Positions 28,605-36,462 of a stretch of 64,000 nt of DNA are shown one piece after another. The position numbers and the translations under genes were made by a program. Below the pieces are notes generated by a model. The model did not search any database, was not told where the DNA came from, and worked only from the letters and a program-made list of their open reading frames with translations. Numbering within the stretch: the stretch's first letter is position 1; each line of letters starts with the position of its first letter. Source of the DNA: Thermoanaerobaculales bacterium (GTDB lineage Bacteria; Acidobacteriota; Thermoanaerobaculia; Thermoanaerobaculales; Sulfomarinibacteraceae); contig JALOLD010000009.1 in NCBI GenBank assembly GCA_025456145.1, positions 64,899-128,898 of the forward strand, written 5' to 3'.

Positions 28605-29765
28605 GTGACGGCGTCGCACCCGGACCGCAAACGAACCCGTCGTCGGGACGCGGCGCTGGCGATCGGCTGCCTGCTCATCGCCTCGTGCGCCTCGCGCACC
28701 CATTTCCCGTATGACCCCGGCTCGGCGACCGCGTTCCGCCCGGCCGGGCTCGAGATCGACCCGCCGCGGCAGCCGGTCGCGATCACCAGCCGGCTGGTCG
28801 ACACCGACCGTCGCTACGAGCGCCACCGTCTCGGCTTCCCCTCGGCCGGCGACAACGGCCAGCCGGACGGGATGGTCGCGGTCGACTACCATCGCAGCCG
28901 GCTGCCCGGCCGCCACCCGGTGGTCGTCGTCCTGCCGATCTGGGGCCGCCACGTCTATCCGTCCAACGCGATTACCCGCACCCTCCGCAAGCGCTCGGAC
29001 GGGGCGGTCCACGTGCTCAACGTCCTCGGGCCCGATCTCCTGGTCGACTGGGAAGGGCTCGCCGCCGCCGCCGCCGCGGGCGATCCCGACGCCTTCCTCG
29101 CCACCCTCGCCGAGGGGGTGGCCCACGAGCGGACGATCATCACCGATGTCCGTCGGCTCGTCGACTGGGCCTCGGCGCGACCCGAGGTCGACTCGAGCGC
29201 GATCGGCGTCGTCGGCTTCAGCCAGAGCGCCATCGTGGCGCCGGTGGTCGCCGCCCTCGACCCGCGGATCGGCGCCCTCGTCGCGGTCATGGGCGGCGCC
29301 GAGCCGCACCTGGTGCTCGCCCACTGCGAAGGCGGCCGGGTCGAGGAGATGCGCTCCCGGGCCGCGGCGGCCTTCGGCTGGGACAGCGAGGAGCTGGCGG
29401 CCCGGCTCGAGCCGGTCTTCGCGCCGATCGACGCCGCGAGGTACTCGGGCCTGGTCGACCCGGAACGCGTGCTGATCATCGAGGCCGGCGCCGACGGCTG
29501 CATCCCGGAGCGCTCGCGCGACGCGCTGTGGCGGGCGATGGGCCGGCCCGAGCGCTGGGTGATCGGGACGACGCACAAGATGGCCTTCCTCGCGATGACG
29601 CCGGTCAACGGCAACTGGCTCCAGCAGCGGATCTGGGAGTTCCTCGCCGAGCGGTTGCTCGCCCCGGAGGACGCGGGCGCTCCGCACGACCTCCGGGCGG
29701 CATCGACGACCGCCGAGGGCGATCGGAACCGGACCCGGCGGGGCGAGGCGCCGCGGAAGGACTGA
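28605..29765 (+). CDS. Lipoprotein alpha/beta-hydrolase (dienelactone-hydrolase-like)
   Basis: It has a lipobox (LLIASC) and a nucleophile elbow (VVGFSQSA). Candidate Asp (EAGADG) and His (GTTHK) residues complete a triad. Confidence 0.65.
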   Translation: MTASHPDRKRTRRRDAALAIGCLLIASCASRTHFPYDPGSATAFRPAGLEIDPPRQPVAITSRLVDTDRRYERHRLGFPSAGDNGQPDGMVAVDYHRSRLPGRHPVVVVLPIWGRHVYPSNAITRTLRKRSDGAVHVLNVLGPDLLVDWEGLAAAAAAGDPDAFLATLAEGVAHERTIITDVRRLVDWASARPEVDSSAIGVVGFSQSAIVAPVVAALDPRIGALVAVMGGAEPHLVLAHCEGGRVEEMRSRAAAAFGWDSEELAARLEPVFAPIDAARYSGLVDPERVLIIEAGADGCIPERSRDALWRAMGRPERWVIGTTHKMAFLAMTPVNGNWLQQRIWEFLAERLLAPEDAGAPHDLRAASTTAEGDRNRTRRGEAPRKD

Positions 29766-29871
29766 CCGGCGGACCCAGGCCCGGCTCGCCGGACTCGGGT
29801 GGGCCGTATGCGCCGATGTGGTGGTCGGGTTCCCGGTGCGGACAACCGCTTCGTGGAAGCTCGCCGCGTGG

Positions 29872-30423
29872 TCAGAGTGCCGCGAGGTCGGCAGCGAGCT
29901 CGGCGGCGATCGCCTCCATCGCGCGCGACAGCCCGACCACCACCGCCTCGGGCAGCCCGCCCTCGGCCGGCCGGGTCACGTCGTAGGTCCGCTCGAGCAA
30001 CGGCGCCTCGGCACGACCGGCCCCGGCATCGCGGACGACGATCGCCAGGGACACTCGCGCCGATGGACCGCTCTCGCCGTCGACCTGGCCGAAGGCGAGC
30101 ACCCGGCCGCCGATCACCAGCTCCGCGCCGCCGGCCGCGGTCGCGCCGAGCTCGGCGGCGAGCTTGGCCCGGACCTGGTCGCCGACGCTCGAGACCCAGC
30201 GGTCGGTGGCGTAATGCTCGACCCGGGTCGGCGAGGCCTCGACGAGGATCTCGCTGCGGTCGAGGGCCTCGGTCGGGACGAAGCGCTCGACCCGGACCCT
30301 GCGGTCGACCTGCGCCGCGCCGGCCGGCCGCAGGTCGAGGGTGTAGGTGCGGACGTCGGGGGTCGAGGCGCAGGCGCCGAGGAGCAGCATCAGCAGCGGC
30401 ACGACGGTCGGTCGTTTCGTCAT
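29872..30423 (-). CDS. ABC-transport auxiliary lipoprotein (PqiC/YmbA-like)
   Basis: It has a lipobox (LLLGAC). 183 aa. It has a 4-nt overlap with the MlaD-like gene. The pattern (Y.L....) is typical of PF03886. Confidence 0.8.
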   Translation of the reverse strand: MTKRPTVVPLLMLLLGACASTPDVRTYTLDLRPAGAAQVDRRVRVERFVPTEALDRSEILVEASPTRVEHYATDRWVSSVGDQVRAKLAAELGATAAGGAELVIGGRVLAFGQVDGESGPSARVSLAIVVRDAGAGRAEAPLLERTYDVTRPAEGGLPEAVVVGLSRAMEAIAAELAADLAAL

Positions 30424-31448
30424 TTCCCTCCTCCTTCGCGACCCCGCGGCGTCGCGCCGTAGACCAGCGAGCCGGGCTGGTCGGCGAGCGTCTGCGACAG
30501 CGTCCTGAGGTTGCGGGTCGTCGCCTCGAGGTTGCGCAGGATCAGCTCGAGGGTCGGCCGCTGCTCGTCGAGCAGCCCGGCGGTGTCGCCGCCGAGCCGC
30601 TCGAGGTGCTCGAGGGTCCGCTCGAGCGACGCCGAGAGCTCGTCGATCCGCCGGGCGGCGGTCTCGGTCAGCTCCGCGAGGTTGCCGACGGTCTCGCGGA
30701 GCGGCTCGCGGTTCTCCTCGACGGCGGCGTTGAGGTTGGCGAGGAGCTCGGCGGCGGCCGCCTCGAGCTCGGCGAGCCGCGCGATCACCGCGGCCAGCTC
30801 GGCACGGTTGTCGGCGATCGTCGCGTCGAGGGTGGTCGCCGCCGAGGTCCCGGCGTCGAGGGTCCGCTCGAGCGCCGCGGTCACCGCCGCGAGGTCGACC
30901 ATCTCCTCGCCGGTCGTCGCGGCCTCGGCGCGCGCCCGGTCGACGCCGAGCAGCGCGATGACGCCGTCCAGGGTGGTCTCGAGCCGCGTGACGACGCCCT
31001 CGAGGTCGGGGACGTCGAACAGCCCGCCATCGGTCGTCACCGAGGCGATGCGATCGCCCGAGACGTGGAGCGCGGCCTCGGCGCTCCCGGTCGAGATCTC
31101 GAGGTGCTTGCCGGTGGTCAGGCTGACCTGCTCGATGCTCGCGACGCTGTCGTGGTTCACCGGGACGTCGGCCGGCACCTCGGCGACCACCCGGATGCGC
31201 GACCGGTCGTCGGGGTCGGTCCCGATCTCGACGACCTTCCCCGACTTGACCCCGCCGAACCGCACCTCGGCGCCGAGGTTGAGCCCGTTGATCCTCGTGA
31301 AGTCGGCGATGAAACGGTTGGGCTCGCCGGCCCCCGAGCCGCAGCCGCGGATGGCGGCGACGAAGCCGATGAGCACGACCAGGCTGGCAAGCACCATGAC
31401 GCCGGCCCTGATCTCGGTCGCGGTGAAGCTGCGTTGATCAGCTGGCAT
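30420..31448 (-). CDS. mlaD: MlaD-like MCE-domain protein with long C-terminal helical extension
   Basis: ATG at 31448 preceded by AAGGTGGAG. Components are an N-terminal TM, a single MCE domain (FTRINGLNLGAEVRFGGVKSGKV) and about 200 aa of Ala/Leu/Glu-rich helix. Confidence 0.85.
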   Translation of the reverse strand: MPADQRSFTATEIRAGVMVLASLVVLIGFVAAIRGCGSGAGEPNRFIADFTRINGLNLGAEVRFGGVKSGKVVEIGTDPDDRSRIRVVAEVPADVPVNHDSVASIEQVSLTTGKHLEISTGSAEAALHVSGDRIASVTTDGGLFDVPDLEGVVTRLETTLDGVIALLGVDRARAEAATTGEEMVDLAAVTAALERTLDAGTSAATTLDATIADNRAELAAVIARLAELEAAAAELLANLNAAVEENREPLRETVGNLAELTETAARRIDELSASLERTLEHLERLGGDTAGLLDEQRPTLELILRNLEATTRNLRTLSQTLADQPGSLVYGATPRGREGGGK

Positions 31449-31459
31449 GGTCTCCACCT

Positions 31460-32263
31460 TCAGTCGACGGCGGTGAGCGATCTCGCCCACTCGGTCTCGT
31501 CGGCGTCGGACTCGGCCGGTCGGCGGGTGAGGAAGTCCCGGATGTAGGGGTCGTCCGAGCCCTCGAGCTCGGCCAGGGTCCCGATCCCGGCGACCCGGCC
31601 CCGGTGCAGCATGCAGACCCGGTCGGCGATCAGCCTGACGCTCTCCATCTCGTGGGTGACCACCACGCTGGTCAGGCTGAAGGTCGACCGTAGGTTGCGG
31701 ATGAGCTCGTCGATCCCGGCCGCGACGATCGGGTCGAGCCCGGCCGAGGGCTCGTCGTAGAAGATGATCTCCGGGTCCATCGCCATCGCCCGGGCGATGC
31801 CGGCTCGCTTGCGCATGCCGCCGCTGAGCTCGGACGGCAGGAGCTCCCCGGCGCCGCCGAGCCCGACCAGCTCAAGCTTGATCCGGGTCATGATGTCGAT
31901 CGTCGACTCTTCGAGCCGGGTGTGCTCGCGCAGCGGCAGGGCGACGTTGTCGGCCACCGACAGCGAGCCGAGCAGCGCCGCCCCCTGGAAGCACATCCCG
32001 ATCTTGCGTCGGATCTCCATCTGCTGCTCGTCGGACATCGCGGTGAGGTTCTGGCCGTGGATCGCGATCCTCCCCGACCGCGGCCGCATCAACCCGACCA
32101 GGGTGCGCAGCAGGGTCGTCTTGCCCGAGCCGCTGCCGCCCAGAATGACGAAGATCTCGCCCGGCCGGACCGAGAAGCTGACCCGGTCGAGCACGACCTT
32201 GTCGCCGTACGCGACGACCAGGTCCTCGACCTCGATGGCGTGCCGATCCTCTTTCATGGTCAC
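31460..32263 (-). CDS. mlaF: MlaF-like ABC transporter ATP-binding protein
   Basis: Walker A GGSGSGKTT, signature LSGGMRKR and Walker B IIFYDEP. Confidence 0.9.
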   Translation of the reverse strand: MTMKEDRHAIEVEDLVVAYGDKVVLDRVSFSVRPGEIFVILGGSGSGKTTLLRTLVGLMRPRSGRIAIHGQNLTAMSDEQQMEIRRKIGMCFQGAALLGSLSVADNVALPLREHTRLEESTIDIMTRIKLELVGLGGAGELLPSELSGGMRKRAGIARAMAMDPEIIFYDEPSAGLDPIVAAGIDELIRNLRSTFSLTSVVVTHEMESVRLIADRVCMLHRGRVAGIGTLAELEGSDDPYIRDFLTRRPAESDADETEWARSLTAVD

Positions 32264-33051
32264 AGGTAGTAGAACAGAACGGTGAAAACCAGGTCAACGA
32301 CGATGATCAGGAAGATCGCCACGACCACCGACGCGGTGGTCTCGCGGCCGACCCCCTCGGCGCCGCCGTCGACCCGGAAGCCGCGGTAGACCCCGACCAG
32401 GCAGATGACGAGGCCGAAGAATAGGCTCTTGACCATCCCCGTGACCAGATCCTTCTCGACGATCGCGCCGGTGGTCTGCGCGAGGTAGATCTCGGGCTCG
32501 ACCCCGACGACGAGGACCGACGACACCCAGCCGCCCACGATCATGATGAGCATCGCGATGACGGTGACCGAGGGGACGGCGGTGGCCATCGCCAGCAGCT
32601 TCGGCGCCGCGAGGTACTTGACCGGGTGGACGCCCATGACGGTGAGGGCGTCGAGCTCCTCGTTGACCTTCATCGTGCCGATCTCGGCGGTGATCGCCGA
32701 GCCGCAGCGGCCGGCGATCAGGATGGCGGTCATCAACGGCGCGAGCTCGCGCAGCGCCGACACCGCGACGAGATCGGCGATGAAGCGGTTCGCCCCCCAC
32801 CGGTCGAGGGTGTAGGAGGCCTGGAGGGCGATGATGACGCCGATCAGGAAGCAGATCATCCCGACGATCGGCAGCGAGCGGACGCCGTACTCGACGAAGT
32901 GCTCGACCGCCGAGCGCCAGCGGAAGCCGCGCCCCTTGAGCGGCGCGACCGTCAGCCAGTACACGGTCTCGACGATCAGGACCGAGACCCCGAGGACGGC
33001 GCCGAGCTGGCGCAGCGCCCAGCGGCCGAGCCGTCCGACGACGACGATCAC
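32260..33051 (-). CDS. mlaE: MlaE-like ABC transporter permease
   Basis: 263 aa with 5-6 TM segments. It has the MlaE family pattern (EIGTMKVNEELDAL). A GTGA overlap couples it to the upstream STAS gene. Confidence 0.9.
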   Translation of the reverse strand: MIVVVGRLGRWALRQLGAVLGVSVLIVETVYWLTVAPLKGRGFRWRSAVEHFVEYGVRSLPIVGMICFLIGVIIALQASYTLDRWGANRFIADLVAVSALRELAPLMTAILIAGRCGSAITAEIGTMKVNEELDALTVMGVHPVKYLAAPKLLAMATAVPSVTVIAMLIMIVGGWVSSVLVVGVEPEIYLAQTTGAIVEKDLVTGMVKSLFFGLVICLVGVYRGFRVDGGAEGVGRETTASVVVAIFLIIVVDLVFTVLFYYL

Positions 33052-33359
33052 CGCTCGGGCCTCACCTCGAAGACGCTGTCGAGGCGGGCGAGCTCGAGGA
33101 CCTTGAGCACCGCCGGGGACGGCGCCACCAGGGCAAAGGCCTTGTCGTGCTCCTTGGCGCTGCGCAGCCCCTCGACCAGGGTCGCGACGCCCGAGGAGTC
33201 CATGTAGCTCACCCCGCCGAGATCGACGCCCACCGCGCCTTTCGCCCGGGGCACCGCGGCGAGCACCGCCTTGCGGAGCTCGGGCGAGCTGTAGAGGTCG
33301 ACGTCGCCGGTGACGACGACCCGCGTCTCGTCGGCGGTCACGAAGGTCTCAACCTTCAC
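33048..33359 (-). CDS. STAS-domain protein (anti-sigma antagonist / MlaB-like)
   Basis: 103 aa. The conserved motif VDLGGVSYMDSSGVATLVE includes the phosphorylatable Ser position of SpoIIAA/RsbV. Confidence 0.85.
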   Translation of the reverse strand: MKVETFVTADETRVVVTGDVDLYSSPELRKAVLAAVPRAKGAVGVDLGGVSYMDSSGVATLVEGLRSAKEHDKAFALVAPSPAVLKVLELARLDSVFEVRPER

Positions 33360-33362
33360 CGT

Positions 33363-33803
33363 TCACCTCGCCGCGCCTCCCCTCCGGAGCCTCATGGTGA
33401 CACAATTGCCACGGGTCGTGCCAGGGCAGAAGCGGACCTCGTCGAAGACCTCGTAGATCAGCTTGACCCCGAGCCCGCCCGGCGTCACCTCGTCGGCGGC
33501 GGGTCTGCTCAGCGGCCGGTACTCGGCGCACTCGGCCGGGCACGGGATCCCCTGGTCGCTCACCGTGATCTCGACCCATTCGTCGGTCCGCGACAGGACC
33601 AGCTCGACCCGGCCGTCGGCGCGACCCCGGTAGGCGTGGCGGATCGCGTTCGAGCACGCCTCGTCGACCGCGAGGACGATCTCCGACCGCCGTTCCGGGA
33701 CGAGATGGAGGACCTCGAGCCAGGTCTGGAGCACGCCCCGGATCAGCCCGAGCAGCTGCGGATCCGAGCTCACCACGAGACGGACGTCGTCCGGCTCAGC
33801 CAT
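33363..33803 (-). CDS. RsbW/SpoIIAB-like serine protein kinase (HATPase_c)
   Basis: 146 aa. It has an N-box (EACSNAIRHAY), a G1-like motif (VSDQG) and a G2-like motif (PGGLGVKLI). Confidence 0.8.
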   Translation of the reverse strand: MAEPDDVRLVVSSDPQLLGLIRGVLQTWLEVLHLVPERRSEIVLAVDEACSNAIRHAYRGRADGRVELVLSRTDEWVEITVSDQGIPCPAECAEYRPLSRPAADEVTPGGLGVKLIYEVFDEVRFCPGTTRGNCVTMRLRRGGAAR

Positions 33804-35472
33804 CGCCCGACCCGTTGAGCTTGAAGGCGATCATGGTGCAGTCGTCGTGGGGGGTGCGCGGGCTGCAGAAGGCGTCGACGTCGGCGAGCACCGCCTCGAC
33901 GAGCTCGTTCGGCGAGACCCCCGGCCGGCCGAGCGCCAGCTTCTCGAGCCCGGCCAGCCCGTACTCTTCGTCGGCGCCCCCACCGTTGGCGCCTCGCCTC
34001 GCCTCGACGATGCCGTCGGTGTAGAGGAGCAGGGTCTCGCCGGGCGCGACCGTCGTCTCCTCGTCGCTCCAGTCGGCGTCCTCGAGGATGCCGAGGGGCG
34101 GCCCCGACGCCGGCAGACAGCTCGCCACCCGCCCCGGGGCGATGCGCAGCACCGGGTGGTGGCCGGCGTTGGCCGCCATGACGTGCCCGGTGCGGAGGTT
34201 GAGCGCGACCAGCGCCACGGTGCAGAAGGTCCCGCGCCGGCTGCGCGCGACCATCCGCCGGTTGAGCCGCCGGAGGACCTCGGCGGTCGACTCGGCGCCG
34301 GTCGCGCAGAGCCGGAACTCGGCGAGCAGCAGGGCCATGGTGAGGGCCGCCGGCACGCCCTTGCCGCTGACGTCGCCGATGAGCAGGCCGACGTGGTCGG
34401 CGTCGAGCCTGGCGAAGTCGTAGAAGTCGCCGCCGACGACCCTGGCCGGACGGGTCAGGCCGAAGACCTCGAAACGCCGGTCGTCGGTCGGCCAGTCCCC
34501 GACCAGGAAGCTCTCCTGGATGGTCCAGGCGGCCTCGATGTCCTGGTCGACGCGCTGCTTGGCGAGCAGGCTCTCGTGGACCCGCGCGTTGTCGAGGGCC
34601 AGGCCGGCGCTGTTGCCGGCCGCCGCGGCGAGCAGCATGTCGTCCTCGGTGTAGTCGCGGTCGGCGAGATCGGTGTCGATGTAGAGGATGCCAAGGATCT
34701 CGCTCCGGGTCCGAATCGGGACGCACAGGATCGAGGTCAGCCGGAGCGCCGCGATGCTCGCGCTGCTGTCGATGTCGTCGTCGGACCGCGCCGATCGGTA
34801 GAGGACGCTTTCGCCGCCCTCGAGCACCTGGCGGGCGACGCTGCCGCTGATCGCGATCCGGTCGAGCCCGACCCGGCTCGCGACGCCGTCCTGGATCGTG
34901 TGGACGAGACCACACACCGCGCACGGCCGCAGCTCGAAACCCTCGCCGGCGAAGAGCACCGCGCCGCGCTGGGCGTGGACCGCCCGGATCGTCGTCGAGA
35001 GGATGCTGTCGACGAGCTCGCAGGCCTCGAAGGTCGTGGCGAGCGAGTTCATCAGGGTGTAGGCGGCCTCGAGCAGCTCCTTCGGCCGCGAGGTCGGCGG
35101 CGCGCTCGACCGGCCCAGCTCGTCGACCACGGTCTGGAGAAAGACCGTCTTGGGGACCGGCGCCGGCTCGGCCGCCGCCTCGAGCACGAAGCGCAGCGAC
35201 GTCGCGCCGATCCGGATGTCGTCGCCGTCGGCCAGCCGGCAGCTCTCGATCGGTTCGCCGTTGACCAGCGTGCCGTTGCTGCTGCCCAGGTCGCGGCAGC
35301 GCCAGACCCCGTTGTCGCGGAAGATCCGGAGGTGGCGACGCGACGCCGCGAGATCCCTGATCACCAGGTCGCAGCCCTCCCCGCGGCCGACCACCAGGGA
35401 CGACCCGACCGGGGTCCGACGGCCTTCCTGGCCGCTCCCGGCGACGATGAACGCTCGATCCGTGATCGACAT
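33796..35472 (-). CDS. FHA-GAF-PP2C (SpoIIE/RsbU-type) serine phosphatase
   Basis: ATG at 35472. The FHA domain carries VVGRGEGCDLVI..SRRH..LGSSNGTLVNG. A central GAF-like region follows. The PP2C domain carries VGGDFYDF and DVSGKGVPAAL. Confidence 0.85.
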   Translation of the reverse strand: MSITDRAFIVAGSGQEGRRTPVGSSLVVGRGEGCDLVIRDLAASRRHLRIFRDNGVWRCRDLGSSNGTLVNGEPIESCRLADGDDIRIGATSLRFVLEAAAEPAPVPKTVFLQTVVDELGRSSAPPTSRPKELLEAAYTLMNSLATTFEACELVDSILSTTIRAVHAQRGAVLFAGEGFELRPCAVCGLVHTIQDGVASRVGLDRIAISGSVARQVLEGGESVLYRSARSDDDIDSSASIAALRLTSILCVPIRTRSEILGILYIDTDLADRDYTEDDMLLAAAAGNSAGLALDNARVHESLLAKQRVDQDIEAAWTIQESFLVGDWPTDDRRFEVFGLTRPARVVGGDFYDFARLDADHVGLLIGDVSGKGVPAALTMALLLAEFRLCATGAESTAEVLRRLNRRMVARSRRGTFCTVALVALNLRTGHVMAANAGHHPVLRIAPGRVASCLPASGPPLGILEDADWSDEETTVAPGETLLLYTDGIVEARRGANGGGADEEYGLAGLEKLALGRPGVSPNELVEAVLADVDAFCSPRTPHDDCTMIAFKLNGSGDG

Positions 35473-35621
35473 GGTTGATCCGACTCTACCGACGCTACCG
35501 TGCCCGGCCGCACGGCGCAAGCGGCAGACCCGGACCGGGCGCGGCCGGTTCTCCGCTACAATGCTCTCGGACGCCTCGAAACCGACCCCGAAGACGCAAC
35601 CGGACCGACGGGAGGTCGATC

Positions 35622-36008
35622 GTGACGAGACTGGGAGCTGACCGCGGGCGCTGGGCCGCGCTGGTTCTGGTCGCGGTCGTCGCCGCGGCCGGCTGCGACT
35701 CGGTCGAGCTGACGATCGGCGTCGAGCCCGGCCCCGGCGGCGCCCTCGTCGTCGCCAATGCCAACGACCGGGAGTGGCATGACGCCCGGCTCCTCGTCGA
35801 GGCGGTCGAGAGCGACAACAGCACCACGGTGTGCGACGACCGGACGGTCGAGCGGTGGCCGCCCCGCGGCACCGTGACGGTGCCGGCCTGCGGGGCCAAG
35901 ATCCGCCTGACCCTGACCACCGGCGGCGAGACCGCCCGCTTCGCCTGGGCCAACGGCACGCTCTACCGTCGATTCGGCCGCAAGGAGGTGCCGGTCGGAA
36001 GCTCTTAG
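35622..36008 (+). CDS. Small lipoprotein (hypothetical)
   Basis: GTG at 35622 preceded by GGGAGG. It has a lipobox (VAAAGC). 128 aa. Confidence 0.6.
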   Translation: MTRLGADRGRWAALVLVAVVAAAGCDSVELTIGVEPGPGGALVVANANDREWHDARLLVEAVESDNSTTVCDDRTVERWPPRGTVTVPACGAKIRLTLTTGGETARFAWANGTLYRRFGRKEVPVGSS

Positions 36009-36081
36009 TGATCAGTTTTTAGTTCTTAGTTTTTGTAGATATCGCTGAGATCTGGAATCGGGAGCTCGCTTAGGCTGGGAG

Positions 36082-36462
36082 GTGATGATGAACCGGATGC
36101 TCGGAGTGGCGGCGCTCGCGCTCGTCGTCGTCGTGGCCGGCTGCGGCGGGCCGCAGATCCTGACCGAGAAGCGGATGGTCGAGTGGGGGCCGATCCTCAA
36201 CATCTACATGGGCACCAACATCCAGGGGGGGAACTCCTTCCCCGAGACCCTAGACGAGATGCCGCCCGACCTCACCGCCGACCTCAAGCGGACCGACGGC
36301 TGGGGCAACCCCCTGCTCTACCGGCTCCTCCGGATCGACAAGTACAACCTGATCTCGGCCGGTCCGGACGGCGAGTTCGGCAACGCCGACGACATCGTGC
36401 TCGAGAACGGCGCCTTCTACGACGCCGCCAAGATCTACGCCGCAAGCCCGCTCAAGCGCTGA
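36082..36462 (+). CDS. Lipoprotein with type II secretion GspG-like C-terminal (pseudopilin globular) domain
   Basis: It has a lipobox (VVVAGC). DGWGNPLLY...ISAGPDGEFGNADDI resembles the T2SSG domain, but no prepilin (GFTLIE-type) leader is present. Confidence 0.6.
   Translation: MMMNRMLGVAALALVVVVAGCGGPQILTEKRMVEWGPILNIYMGTNIQGGNSFPETLDEMPPDLTADLKRTDGWGNPLLYRLLRIDKYNLISAGPDGEFGNADDIVLENGAFYDAAKIYAASPLKR

Noticed and set aside
25997-28804. 935-aa minus-strand ORF antisense to the TonB-dependent receptor
   Set aside because: It is a shadow frame of low complexity. The plus strand encodes a receptor with plug, barrel and terminal Phe.
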